Assembly (NCBI RefSeq): GCF_018350175.1
Contig: NC_058368.1
Coordinates: forward strand, 33,544,001-33,608,000
DNA from: Felis catus
Taxonomy: Eukaryota
DNA: 64,000 nucleotides
Direction of reading: 5' to 3'
Numbering within the stretch: the stretch's first letter is position 1; each line of letters starts with the position of its first letter. Made by a program: the position numbers and the translations under genes. This document shows, one piece after another, positions 38,541-51,720 of the stretch. The notes under the pieces were generated by a model that was not told the origin of the DNA, did not search any database, and was given only the letters and a program-made list of their open reading frames with translations.

Positions 38541-40654
38541 GGAAAATTATTCAGCCATGCATGAAAAATCAGGAAATCCTGTCATTTGTAGCAATACGGG
38601 TAAATCTGGTAGACATTATGTTAAATAAAATAAGCACAAATAGACAAATAATGTATAACCTCATTTGTAAGTGAAATCTAAAATGTTCAAACTCTTAGCA
38701 AGTGTACAATAGTGGTTGCCGGAAGTTGGAGGAAGTGGGAAATAGGGAGATACTGGTCAAGGGGTTCAAAGTATGAGTTATGAAAGATTAATAAATTCTG
38801 GAGATTTAATATATAACAGTGTGACTATAGTTAATTATAGTTAACATTACAGTACTATATACTTGAAATTTGTTTAGAGGGTAGATCTCAAGTGTTCTTA
38901 CCTGAAAAGAAAGAGAGAGAGAGAAAAGAAAGCAAAGGTGGTGATGCCTGTATTAATTAGCTTGATTGTCATGATTATTTCATGTTTACATATATCAAAT
39001 GATCAAAGTTGTACTTCTTAAATACATAATTTTAATTATGAATTACACCTCCAAAAAGTTAGGCTATACTTCTTATGTGTTTAGTTACATAAACTTTTAA
39101 TACAGTACACATATGTATGTATGTGTACGTAATCAAGATTCAAATAATTTAGTAAAAACTAGTGTTGTATGTTAACACACATTGAACAGGTTTTGAAAAC
39201 TCACTGGTAAATCTAAATTGCTTGGTAAGTGATTTCTTATGAAATTTTATTGCATAATGACATGTGCAGTCCAAAGGAGGAAAAATGACTTAAGTTTAAA
39301 TGAATAATGAAAGGTGTAAGAGAATACAGAAGATGTTGAATAGAAGATAAGAAACTTTACAAATGTTTACTCAAAGATTAGCAGGAAAAATCAAGGCTCT
39401 AGGAAGACATAAAACAAACCAACAAATCTTAATGAGGCACCATTTTCAAATATTAAATTTTTAAATAAGTGACATTTAAAAATTACAAAGAAGTTTGAGG
39501 AAAGGAGAAATGGTTAAGTAAGATCTTGTATAATGTGGATGATACAACCAGTTCACAACTTCAACTTCAAAACAGAACAAAGACAAACTGATGCCTTTCA
39601 TTTTTGATTTCCTTTAGGACATAATGGACAGTTATGTACTCCTGGGGTAGCTTTGCAAAAATTAATGTTCTGTAGAAAGTCAAAGGATAAAATATGAATA
39701 GAGATCAATTTTACATTCCAAAATATATATAAAAAACTTTCATCTGTGCTAGATTTTCATTACCTTCAAATCCTGGGGTCAAGGGGGATGCCCCTTTTAA
39801 ACTTGATAAATATTTTTCTAGGATGATCTTCCTTAATTCAGAATGTTCATTCACAGAATGACTAACTGTATTAAACATATTCTATTGGATGACTGAACCA
39901 AATTCCAAATTCATTTAGAATTACATGTAGAGTTTGTCTGTTGAGAGTACAATCATATATACCATTATTTAGAGGATTTACTCATAATAGAGAAAGAGAC
40001 ATATGTCAGCAAAAGACTAACAAAGTCTTTATAATACAGTATCTTGTGTGAATATAGTTTATATAGATTACAATTTCCTATTCATAAATATGGAATATGA
40101 AAATAAATTACAAACCACAAATATAACAAAATAAGCATTGCAAGAAAGAAAGCAAATATAAATGTTTGATTTGTGCATACTACAGATTTTATACAATTTC
40201 ATTATCATATAAATAGCTCACATATATAATCTTTCATGCATTAATTCTGATAAATGCAACAGTAAAAATTAAGATTAATAGAGTCTGCTTTGAAAGGTTT
40301 GCTACGAGTTATATCTACAGCCTCTTTCAGCGTGGTTACATTGTGCTCTGAGAAAGTTTGTGTATTCTATTAGTGATTTACAATAACTGCTAACTTGTGT
40401 TTTTATAGACGGTTAAACTATGTAAAATTGCTTTTGTTATTCTTAACTTTTAATGCCTAGATTTTTGTAAGTTATGAGTCTTTACAAATGTGTTGAGCAT
40501 AGGAAAATAAAAAGTGGTTTGAATATTTAAAAGTAATAATTAAAAAACACATAATTATTCATAAACACTAGACTGAAATCTGTAGCTGGCCAGTCATATT
40601 TTCTTTGTTATTATAAACAGTCATTATTTTGATCTTATTAAATAAGTCACTTAT

Positions 40655-41235
40655 TAATTTGATGAACATTTATCAAGTATCTGTCACACACTAGTCAGTC
40701 ATTGAACTACACAGAGGAATACAAGAAAACTATAATATATTCACCAAACTCAGGAGATTTACTGCCTACTTGGAAAAACATGTATTAGGAAAAATTGCAA
40801 TAGATTATTATAAATGCTGTGGTGAAAGCAAGTTGGTGGTGATATGGGAACTTACTAACATAACCTGGAAGTCAGGAAAGACCTCAAATAAGAACAACCT
40901 TTGATTTGATCCTTGACATATGAGTTAAAGTCAGGTTGACTTGGATGTGGACAGGGATTCTGAGAATTGGGAACCCACACGTATGAGTATGGGTGTTGCA
41001 AGAGAACATGGTATATATCTGGAACTTGAGACACTTATGTATGCTCATATATTGAATGCTTGAGAGGATACAACAAGAAATATGACTTAGACACCAATGA
41101 AGATAATCTAAAGGTTTTAAGTCAGGCTAAAAGAATGGTACTTAATATTGAAAGCAAAGAGAGACATTTAAGTTTTAAGTAGAGAACAAAGTTTTATTAT
41201 ATATGCAATCAGAAAATCAATCTGAGTAAATGTAC
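40655..41235 (-). mobile_element. L2 relic
   Basis: Antisense L2 3'-end pattern (AACATTTATCAAGTATCTG...CTCAGGAGATTTACTGCCTA) and a purine-rich body. Confidence 0.6.
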
Positions 41236-41342
41236 TGGTTATTGTTTCTTCAAATGTTTTCTCTACCCCTTTCCCTTGGTCTTTTCCTCTAGGATTGAAA
41301 TTATACATACATTAGACACTTGATATTGTATTAGAGCTCTTG

Positions 41343-41345
<3 letters not shown>

Positions 41346-41387
<42 letters not shown>
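41346..41387. repeat. (TG)n microsatellite
   Basis: Seen directly. Confidence 0.95.
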
Positions 41388-41389
<2 letters not shown>

Positions 41390-41600
41390 ACACTCCCCCC
41401 CCACCCCTCCTCCCTCTCATTCTCTCTTTCTCTGTGTTTTACTTTGGGTAATTTCTAACTACCCAACTTCAAGCTCAATGATTTTATCTTCATTCTCTCA
41501 AGTCTATTGATGTTCCTATTGAAGTTATTCTTTCATATCTAACAATTTGTCATTATTTCTGACATTTCCATTGAACTATTTCATCTCTGCTGAAATTTCC

Positions 41601-42080
41601 TGTAATGGTTAATTTTAAGTGTCAAATTGACTGGGTGCCCAGCTATTTGGTTCAACATTATTCTGAATGTGTCCGTGAGGGAGTTTCTGGATGAGATTAG
41701 CATTCCCATTAACTGAGTAAATCAGATGGCCCTACCCAGGAGGTATGGCTTACTCTAACCTAGAGGAGGCTTGAGTAGAACAAAAATCTCTGAGTAAGAA
41801 AGAATGCATTCTCTCTGTCTGATTGTTTTGGAGCTGAGACATCTGTCTTCTCTTGCTTTAAACACTGGAACCTACACCATTGGCTCTCCTGGGTCTCCAG
41901 TAAACCAAATGCAAATCTTGGGACGTTTCAGCCTCCCTAATCACATGAGCCAATTCTTTATAATAAATCTCTTTATATAAAATGTTTTATATAAAACATT
42001 AGTATATACTTATATATAAAAGGATGTATTATAACCGATACACCTATTGGTTCTGTTTCTCTAGAAAACCTGGACTAAAA
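41601..42080 (+). mobile_element. ERVL LTR (MLT2D/C-like)
   Basis: Begins TGTAATGGTTAATTTTAAGTGTCAAATTGACTGGG and ends CCTATTGGTTCTGTTTCTCTAGAAAACCTGGACTAA, both MLT2 hallmarks. Confidence 0.88.
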
Positions 42081-42441
42081 TCCACTATATTCATACCTGT
42101 TGCACATCTTTCTCACAACACGCTTGAATATTTTTATCACAGTTATTTTAAAGTGTCCCATATGATAGTTTCAATATCTAAGTCATTTACAAATCTGGTT
42201 CTCTTTATTGCTTTGTCTCTTTATAATAGGTTTGGGTCCTTTTGCTGGTGTGTATTCTTAAATTTTTAATAGAATGTTAGTTGTTTTGTGTAGTCAAGCA
42301 GTAAAGACTGAGGTATGCAGTAATCTCAGCTATTTCAGACTGACACTAGGCCACTTGACTTTCAGCATTCTTTGTGATTCACCTGATTGTTTTGAGAACA
42401 CACAGATACTTTTCCTATCCTCCATCACAGTTGAAGCAAAT

Positions 42442-42474
42442 CTTACCTTACCTTACCTTACCTTACCTTACCTT
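42442..42474. repeat. (CCTTA)n pentanucleotide repeat
   Basis: Seen directly, about 6 units. Confidence 0.9.
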
Positions 42475-42986
42475 TCTCAGATTCATCTTTCTTAAATTTT
42501 AGGTTATATATTTGTTTGGGGATCTCAGTTTTCTGGTAGACTCAAAGAAAGCTACGATATTTTAGCTTAATCAGTGTTTACTCATTTTTTGGTGTGATAA
42601 AGGTATGATTTGCAGTTCTATACAACCTAAGGGAAATGGGGAGTTTTCATAACTTAAAAAAAAATCCCCAATATCACAGATTTACTCCACAAATTCAGTT
42701 TTCTTGCTTTGTGGTAAATTAAGGTTCCCAATACACCTGTGAGGTTGACCTCCTGGTCTCAATGTTCCAATTTTGCAGCAAAGTGTTATCTATTGGTACA
42801 GACCTACTTACAGAATATGATTCTGTTCCATTTTTAACCCAGAGAGATGCTTATCTTGTTTTTGGTATGACTTTCATTTTAAAATGTGTTTAAAAATATT
42901 TTTATCTTAATTGATATGTAATTCTTGGGAGAGAAGGAAGTGTTTACCTTGTTTTCTTACACTCTCTTCTTGACATTTGGGCATTT

Positions 42987-43201
42987 AAAAATCTTCTTTT
43001 AATGTTTATTTTTGAGAGAGAGAGACAGAGACAGAGAGCAAGCAGGGGAGGGGCAGAGAGAAAGGGAGACACAGAATCCTTTGCAGGCTCCGGGCTCTGA
43101 GCTGTCAGCACATATCCTCATGTGGGGTGGAACTCACCAACCTCAAGATCATGACTTGAGCCAAAGTCAGACACCCAATCGACTGACCCATCCAGGTGCC
43201 C
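42987..43201 (-). mobile_element. Can-SINE
   Basis: Exact 16-bp TSD TGACATTTGGGCATTT at 42971-42986 and 43202-43217. Confidence 0.95.
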
Positions 43202-43489
43202 TGACATTTGGGCATTTTCCAATAGCATTCTCCTTAGCCTCTAGCAGAATTCACCACGTTTTCCCATTCTTCCTTCTTTGCAAAACAATCTCTCTTGCCT
43301 TAGATCTCTCTCTCTTTCTCTCCTTTCCTTCCTCCCTCTCCCCTTCTTCTATGTCTTCCCTCTCTTACCCACTCTCTGTCTCTCTTTCTCCTTCTTTTTC
43401 CCCCTCTGTCTCTCTCATTCTCCCTCACTTTCACTCTACCTCTTCTCTGGGTTATATTGTCTTTCTAATACATTCAAATACATATAAAC

Positions 43490-44494
43490 TATGACCTCCA
43501 ACTAATATATCTGGAGCCCCAAACTCTCCTCTATATTTCTACTCATATATCTCAATGGACTTTAGATAACATATATACCAAGTGTAGTTTTTTTTTTTAT
43601 TTCCCATAAATCTTCTCTTTCTTCAAACTTCCCAGTCTATACATGGTGATGCCACTCAGCTGAGTGTTGAGAATAGAGTGCATGTTGCTTTGGTGCCCTT
43701 TTCCATCCACCACCTGGCAATTACCAGGTTATGTTGACTTAACTTTAAAATCTATTTCAAATCTGTCTAGTTTTATCTATTGCATCTGTGACTTCTCTAA
43801 TTCAAGCCATAATTCTGCTTGAAGTCCTGCTGGCAGTCTCCTGTCTCTTCACTTTCCAACATAGCCTTCCCCCCTTCCTCTCTCCTGAAGCTAAATTTTA
43901 TTCTCAAAATGGAAATAAAAGCATATTATTTTCCTACTTGAAAGTCTTCATGGGCCCCCTAAATAAGCATGTGGCAAAATTCAAATTCCTTAATTTTTTG
44001 CCAATAAGTCATGTTCATGTTGGAGTTTCCTTAATCTCAGTTCTACCTCCCTTGCTTATTTCCAGCCATTTTGGTGGACTTTCAGAACACTGAATCCATT
44101 CAGCACTTGTATCATCTGTGGACATGGAAGCACATGATGCTTGCTCTAACTGCCTCTGCCCCTTCACTGACTCTTTGTTGACACTTTCTATTTAGGCTTC
44201 AGGTCTTACCTTATATACACTTTTTTTTTTGCAAGCTTTCCATCAACCACAATACAAATTTGGTATTGTGGTATAATTTCTCACATTGTGCTATATATTT
44301 TCCATAGATAAATGATCACAGGCCATAATTCTTTGTGTATTTTATTATTTGCTCAATGCCTTTTTCTCCTTATACTGTAGGCTTTTCCAGATCAAGACTC
44401 ACATCTATTTCATCACTTCTCTATCCTCAGTTCTTACAACAGGCATGGAATATAAGCAATATTTAATAAATATTTTTTGACTGAGTGAATGAAT
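43490..44494 (+). mobile_element. L2 relic ending in the canonical L2 3' end; preceded by a CT-rich low-complexity tract (~43300-43450)
   Basis: Ends ...TTAATAAATATTTTTTGACTGAGTGAATGAAT; pyrimidine-rich L2 body. Confidence 0.75.
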
Positions 44495-46349
44495 TTTTAA
44501 AAGTGTAGTATTATGTGTTGGCCTAAATCAACAAATTCAAAAGCATTAAGTCCACTCCTTTAAAAATCTGAAATTTTCTACAATGTTACAAAAACAGAGA
44601 AACCGCTTAGTGATTTATGATATATGGCTTTAAGGGACTAAAAAGGCTTTATTGTTATATAATCACTTTAGAACAGTAATATAAAAATTATGTATATAAT
44701 TTATAAACATTACATATTGTTTATACATGTTGTATAAACAAACATCATTCTAACCTTCCCCTGTTGCCTTGCCCTTTTCCCAGTGCTTGTTATTTTACTT
44801 AATATTCTCCTATTTTGTTGTCATTGCTGTTCCTATATATCAAATTTTATGTTATGTTAAGCTAGACTACTAGGAACACATCCATTAAGTTCTATCCTCT
44901 CTTGACAGGGTAAGTAGTCAATAAATAAATTCATTTATATTTCAGTGAGTATAACAGCATTACTTCAAATTTTTAAGGGTAGAATACCATATAATTGGAT
45001 AATGAAAGTGTGCTTTTCCAAATCAAAGCTGTTGTAGTGCAAAAGTAAAGGCTGAGTCTATTTACACAATAGTACTTTAAGAGACATATCTCCACCTTAA
45101 CTTCTCTGTTGGTCTTCAGTATTTTAAAATGCATCTCATATAAAGAGTCCTCTAAGGGGAAATGGCAATAAATCTTTAATTCTTAGCCAAATTTCCAGTT
45201 GCGGTGACAAATATTTTGCTACAAAAGTATCACTGATAAATTATATTAAAAATAAATAAACTTATTATTAAAAGGCTTGCCTCTTTTTCTAGAACATAGT
45301 GTTCATATTTGAGTTTGTCAGGAATTAAATAGCCATGCATTTTTAATGAAGAATGGATAAAGATAACGATCATTTGAGAGTTATTGACACATCCATATCC
45401 ATAGGATAGTGTCTTATTAAACTATTCCTGCTCTCTTAATAGGGTTTATACATTCAGTATTAATAATAGATGAGCATTTTAAATTCATTTCTATTGTTAA
45501 ATCCTATTTGTACTCCTGCAGGAACATTATTAAAACTGGTTTTATAAAACTTGTTTCTCAAGATGCATATGTATAAGAGTTACTGTTCTTAAAAAAAGTT
45601 CTATGTGACTAAAATTTCCAAATCATTATAAATAAATTATTCATTTGTTAACTGCCAGAAATAACTGTTTTTCTTGCACTGTTCTCCTTGAAGGTGGCCT
45701 CAGAAATGATATACTTATCATTATCCAAGAAGTACATATTGTTTACTAATCTGTTAGAAAGAGACATTACTCACCTTGCATGCTGATCCTTACTGAAATG
45801 CTAATCTAATTTAACTTCCAGGTCTGAGGTAATCTTTATTTTGCATAAATGAGCTGAAAAATTTACAGTTTGCCAATAGAATGCAAGCAATTTAAAGCTT
45901 CAACCTCTGCTTTGCACGTTTTGGTTCCCAGACACAGAGACAATGGAGGAGTAACCCTGAATCAGTTTGTTCATAAAGTTAAGGTAAAAATATCATAAAT
46001 TGTTGAATGATACATGTGTCTGTCATATCCACAATTTTGAAAATAAGAAACATGTCTTCTTCTCAAACAGTACTTTGACAGTGAAATGAAGTACAAATAG
46101 AAAGAGTTACTTCTCTGACTTAAATGTTGAATTAAGTAGACCCCAAATCCTTTGTGTTTATTCTGCCAAAATCAAAATGCATTTTCTGCAGCCGTGTTTT
46201 CCAGATATTTGGCTTCATAAACCAGAAACGATGGAAGCAACTGGGAACTGTGGGTTGTCGTAACGCTGGCAAAATTTATTTTTGCCAAGACAGGGCATAA
46301 AATGAAAACAAGTCCCAAACAAAACAAAAGCAGTAAAATGAAACACAAA

Positions 46350-47800
46350 TTCACCATCCACCATTTACTGAATAGATGTCTACAGAGCACCCATTTTCAT
46401 GCTGTGTGTGCAGCCCTCCACTAGGACAACAGAGAGAAAATGAACTAAATCATCACCTCCCCTGCCTTTATGGACTTTATAGTGAGAGACACAGACATAC
46501 CCAAATATTCAAAGGAATGAATATATATTATAAAACACAATATGCACTGTTTGGGAAAATACAGACAGTATTACAAAAGGATGCATCTTAGGTTGAAGAT
46601 CCAGAGAACATCTCTGAGAAAACAGCATTTAAGTTTAAGCCTTAAGGATAAGAGTCAGTCAAATATATTAGAGGAAAAGAATATTCCAAGAGGAGGGAAT
46701 AATATGTGCATAGAGAAAGGATACATTTTATTAAAAATTTACTATTTTAAAAATTTCATCCTAAGTGTTCCTGGGTGGCTCAGTCAGTTAAACGTCCGAC
46801 TTCGGCTCAGGTCATAATCTCGTGGTTTGTGGGTTCGAGCCCCACATTAGGCTCTGTGCTGACAGCTCAGAGACTGGACCCTGCTTCAGATTCTGTGTCT
46901 CCCTCTCCCTCTGCTCCCCCCCCCACTCGTACAGTGTCTCTCTCAAAAATAAACATTAAGGGGCGCTTGGGTGGCCCAGTCAAGCAGGCTGAGCTTGCTT
47001 CAGCTCAGGTCATAATCTCCTGGTTTGTGAGTTCGAGCCCCGCATGGGGCTCTGTGTTGACAGTTTAGAGCCTAGAGCCTGCTTCAGACTCCGTGTCTCT
47101 CTCTTTTCCTCTCCCCTATTCCTGCTCTCTCTCAAAAATAAACATAAAAACAATTTTTAAAATTAAATAAAAATAAACATTAAAAAAATTAAAAAATTCA
47201 TCCTATTATTCAAAAGCTTTACAAGTTGGCTTGGAGGTTTGAAAGCAGGCACAATAGACATGGCCTCTGCCCTTATGAAATTTATAAGCTAGTGAGGGAA
47301 AGACCATTAAAACTGCTATTAAGGAGTACGGATCAATGAGAGTGAAGGTTTGAGGTGCTAAACCCAATCTCATCTGTAGGCTGAAACATGGAAGAAGCCT
47401 CAGAGGAAGTGGCATGCCCAAATGAATTACAGATTGAATTAGAATAAATGGGGAGAGGCATCAACAGAACTTGTAGTGAGGCTGGAAAAATAAATAGCAG
47501 TTTACCTCTTCAAGGGTTTTTTCAGTTAAGTGAGTGATTCGACACTTGTAGGGCTTCAGCAGGAGAGTGACATGACTTGATTTATGTTTTACATAAATAA
47601 ACTTTGTTTTACATAAAGACTCTGAATACATATGGAGACTGAATATCTTGAAAAGAAAAACATCTAAATGTAGGGAAAGCAATTAAAAGGCTATTTTCTA
47701 GGTATTCAGTGATAGTTGTCTGCAGTAAAAGATGTCAGAGCAAACCAAAAGAAATTAAAAGATTCGAAGGAAGTTTAGCAGTAGTGTTGACAAGAATTAG
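46350..47800 (-). mobile_element. L2 relic(s) interrupted by the SINE dimer
   Basis: CCCCTGCCTTTATGGACTTTATAGT and GGCCTCTGCCCTTATGAAATTTATAAGCTAGTGAGGG are antisense L2 3' motifs. Confidence 0.65.
46764..47190 (+). mobile_element. Can-SINE dimer: second SINE (46960-47168) inserted in the tail of the first
   Basis: Outer TSD AAAA(T/A)TTCATCCTA (ending 46763 and 47205); inner TSD AAAAATAAACATTAA (46945-46959 and 47169-47183). Confidence 0.93.
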
Positions 47801-48715
47801 TTATTTATTCAGTGGAGGTAAGGTTAAATTAAGTAAAAAACCCCCTTATTTTTTTTCTGCATAATATATAAAATGTGTATTTATAACAAAACAACACTAT
47901 CTATGATTTCTGAAACCATAATTATTCAGTTATTTGAGTTTCTGTGTTGAAATTTATTTACGATGAGGGTGTTTTAATTTCTGGACTTAATAATCTGGCA
48001 AAATTTGTTCAAAATGTCGGTTACTCAATTGATTACATTTTCTTACTAAGTAACCCCAAACAGCAATTTGCAGGACTTTTTTAGTAATAACTATAGGTAA
48101 GGTGTCCTTTTTACTTCTTCTTTAAAGGCAAAATTCTAGAAAATTCCAATTTTATTAATTTATTCATTCTCCATGTGTGCCAAAGTGCCAGTGTGGAAAA
48201 TTAATAATGTAAATCATATTGTTTTTGACTTTCCACCTTCCATTTTCCCCGTAGTATATATATTCTACTAGAGGTATCTTTGTGGTTAATAACTTTGTGG
48301 ATAGTAGCAAAACACATACTAAAAAAGTTAATGTCAAGGGAAGAACATAGGCTCCCAGAATCATTGATGTTCAGACTATAGCTTTAAGAAATGAGATCTA
48401 GTCAACTGGCCTCATCTGTACTATCCGGGTTCTCAGGAATGAACTGAGACCTTGAATGCATGCAGGGATATATAACAGTAAATATCTCCAATTCACACAG
48501 AATATAATTCCTCTCTCCAAGGTTTCTGTTTGAGTCTTGGTTTTTCTCTCCATTTCCCAAACTTGGACTAGTCCTCAAATCTGAATTTCCTATAGGACAG
48601 TAGAGTGGATGTTGATTCTTGGAGTTGACCTCTGCTTATATTATGCCTGTGGGTGTCGCTCATGCTGCCATTTCAAAGGAGCTTCCCTGGAGCTAAGATT
48701 CTCGTGTCTATCACT

Positions 48716-49688
48716 ACCCATAATTCATTTATGTATAGCATGTGTAATATATACATAAGAGACATACATACGTATACATAATAGAATATACACTGATGTT
48801 ATTCTTATTTTGAACAAACTGTTATCAGATCAATTAAGAAAAGAAAAATAAAAGCTTCTGGTTGACCTTCATTTATTTCTTCTTCGATGCTCTTCTTTTC
48901 TTTATGTAGATCCAAGTTTCTGACCTGTATTAAATTCCTTCTCTCTATACAACTTTCAACATTTTTTTTTCTTTTTTGAGAAGTCGGTCTATTGGCAACA
49001 TAATTTCCATGGTAGAGAATTCTAAGTTTGGTGTTTTTTGTTTTGTGATTTTCTCTCAACATTTTAAATATTTCACTACACCCTCTTCTTGCTTACTTGC
49101 TTTCTGGAGAGACGTTGGATGTAATTTTGATCTTTGTCTTTTTGTTTGTTTGTTTGTTTGTTTGTTTTGTTTTTTTTATCTCTGGCTTCTTTCAGGAGTT
49201 TTCCCTAATGTTTGATTTTCTGTGTTTTGAAAATGATATTCTGAGGTATCATTTGGTTGGCATTTATTCTGCTTGTTTATTCTGAGCTTTCTAGACCTGT
49301 GGTTTGGTATCTGATAATAATTTAAGTAAATTCTCAGTCAATTATTGTTTCCAATATTTCTTCTGTTTCTTTTTCTTCTGGTATTCTCCTTACAGATATA
49401 TTGTATCTTTTTATTTGTCCTGCTGTCCTTGGATGTTCTTTTCTGCTTTGGTTTTCTTTTCTTTTCAGTCTTTGTTCTCTTTGTTTTTTTGGTTTTCAGG
49501 GATTCTATTGAAATATCATCTAGCTCATAAATTATTTCCTCAGCTGGATCCTGTCTACTGATAAGCCCGTCAAAGGCATTCTTCATTTCTGTCACAGTGG
49601 TTTTTTTTTTTTTTTATCTCTAGTATTTTTTTTTAATGTTTATTTTGAGAAAGAGAGAGAGAGAGAGAGCGCCTAATCAGGGAGGGGC

Positions 49689-49743
<55 letters not shown>

Positions 49744-50935
49744 ATCTAAAGCAGGCTCCAGGCTCTGAGCTATCAGCACAGAGCCTGATGTGGGGCTTGA
49801 ACCCATGAATTGCGAGATCATGACCTGAGCCGAAGTCAGATGCTCAACCCACTGAGCCACCCAGGTGCCCCGAACTCTAGTATTTCTTTTTGGTTCTTTC
49901 TTAGGCTTTCCATCTCTCTGTTCACATTGTTTTCTGTCACTACATGCTGACTACCTTATACATTAGAGATTTTAGAATATTAATCATAATTGTTCTAAAT
50001 TCTGAGCTGATTAAATCCAACGTTCCTGTCGTGTTTGGATCTGATGCTCTTCACGTTGTGTTCATTTTACCTTTTGGTATAACTTGTAGGTTTTTCTTGA
50101 CGGTCAGTCATGATATATACTGACTAAAAGAAGGTGCTGTAAATAAGTCTTAAGTAATTTGGTGGGGAGGTGTGTGGGGAGAGGCAGAGTTCTATAAAGT
50201 CCTGTGATTAGATTTCAATTTTTTAATGAGCCTGTGCCTCTGGACTGTGGACTCATAAGTGTCTCTAAGTTTTTTTTTTTTTGTTTTGGTTTGTTTTTTT
50301 TTTTTTTTTTTTTTTTTTTGTTTTGTTTTTTTTCTTTCTCTTCCCTCTTAGGTGGGACAGGATGGCTAGGGTGGGCTGGAGTTGGGTATTTCTATTCCCT
50401 TAGGTCACTTAGGCTCTGATAATACCCTAGTAGGTTAGGTTCTGGTTAACTAGTTTGCCCTGAGGGCAGGACTTGTTAAGAATGGAGTGCTCTGGTGTAG
50501 TTCACAATGGTTCCTTTTCCATTTTCCTTGCTAGAAGCACAAGGGGATTTTTCTCTGATATTTACCATGTGAACCTGTCAAGCTCCTGGAGGTAAATCGC
50601 ACAGTATTTGCGCACCCCTTCCCCATGACTAGATTCCCCTGGGGTTTTAAACTCTCCAACTTGTCCACACCGAACGTCCCAAATTTGTCAGTTTGTCAGT
50701 TAGAGTTCAGGTTTTTCTGCCCTGCCACTGCTTCCTGAGGTGGTTTGCATTTATGAGTCTCCGTTCCTCAAATCACAACTCCCTCTGTCTGCCTGGGTCT
50801 CCACTGACAGCTGTTTGCCCTATGTTCTCCTCTTCCTTTTGGATCCCAAAAGAGTCGTTGATTTCTCAGTCTGTTCAGCTTTTGACTTGTTAGTTTGGCA
50901 ACTTCCAAACTCCTTACCTGTGGAGTCAGGAACTT
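48716..50935 (-). mobile_element. Old LINE-1 (L1M4/L1MC/MD-like) 5' UTR, ORF1 and inter-ORF relic
   Basis: Minus ORF 49338-49595 (MTEMKNAFDGLISRQDPAEEIIYELDDISIE) is L1 ORF1 coiled-coil-like; 48805-49062 (LRILY...) is ORF1 C-terminal-like. Confidence 0.85.
49629..49871 (-). mobile_element. Can-SINE with an expanded (AG)n tract
   Basis: TSD CTCTAGTATTT at 49618-49628 and 49875-49885. Confidence 0.95.
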
Positions 50936-51609
50936 TGATATCTACCACACAGATAAGTATTCTTTCACCAGATTCCTTGTCTATACTATTATCCTCCTAA
51001 TTTTGAAGTTAAATCCCTGAATATTGATGGTATCCATGGTTAATCTTTAGTTCCTCATGTCCTTTGTTCTTTGTGAGAGCTCATTTTATGAATGAATTAA
51101 AGTTTGATCTGAGTAAGATATGATGTATGTCTAATTCCAAATTTTAAGAGCATTTATTTAAATTCACACATTATAGCTTCCATTCAGTTTCTAAGTGAGT
51201 AGAATTTTATATCAAATTTCTGGGCTACATGCATCTGGAAATAAGAGTGCACATAACTATACCTTAACTTGAATTAGGTCAAAACCTTTTGTTTGGTTGG
51301 TAAAGAATACAAATAAAAGATTTCCAAAGTTGTATCAACATTTTCTTAAAAGCATTTTCCCATTTGACAGGGAGTTGGGAAGGGATCATTCTCATACAAT
51401 TTGATATATTCCCTTTAAAACATCTACCCAAAAGGGAAAAAAAAAAAGATAAGAATGTTTGCTATCAATAATTTTACTTTTGTGCTTTCAGACTGCCTAA
51501 AATAAATTACTGTTATGTCAAGGTTTTAAAATATCTGCTTGCATCATTTTTTTTTTCATTCCTTTCAACTACATTTTCAACTACATTACCTTGTGCCTTT
51601 CTTTTTCTT

Positions 51610-51720
51610 TTTCCAGATGAGAGGAAAAGGGCTAATTATTTCTCAATCAATCCAAGGTCACAAATTTATCGAGTGAGGGTAACAGGTGTAGGGTTTCTGA
51701 TTTATGGTGCCCTTTCCAGG
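51610..51720 (-). mobile_element. MIR fragment
   Basis: CAGATGAGAGGAAAAGGGCT...TCCAAGGTCACA is the antisense MIR core motif. Confidence 0.55.

Larger units (their letters stand above)
34436..39063 (+). mobile_element. Older 5'-truncated LINE-1 (L1MA9-like; RT region to 3' UTR) with nested insertions
   Basis: Decayed ORF2 (CTGTTTGCAGAGACATGATC is a broken LFADDM motif at ~35081) and an L1MA-type 3' UTR at ~38700-39063. Confidence 0.88.
41238..42650 (-). mobile_element. Ancient L1M 5'/ORF1 relic interrupted by MLT2 and microsatellites
   Basis: Antisense old-L1 ORF1 motifs (ATTGTTTCTTCAAAT, TTCAAGCTCAATGATTTT, CAGTTATTTTAAAGTG). Confidence 0.6.

Noticed and set aside
43012..43494. 160-aa Ser/Leu-rich ORF
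   Set aside because: It is an antisense SINE plus a CT low-complexity tract.
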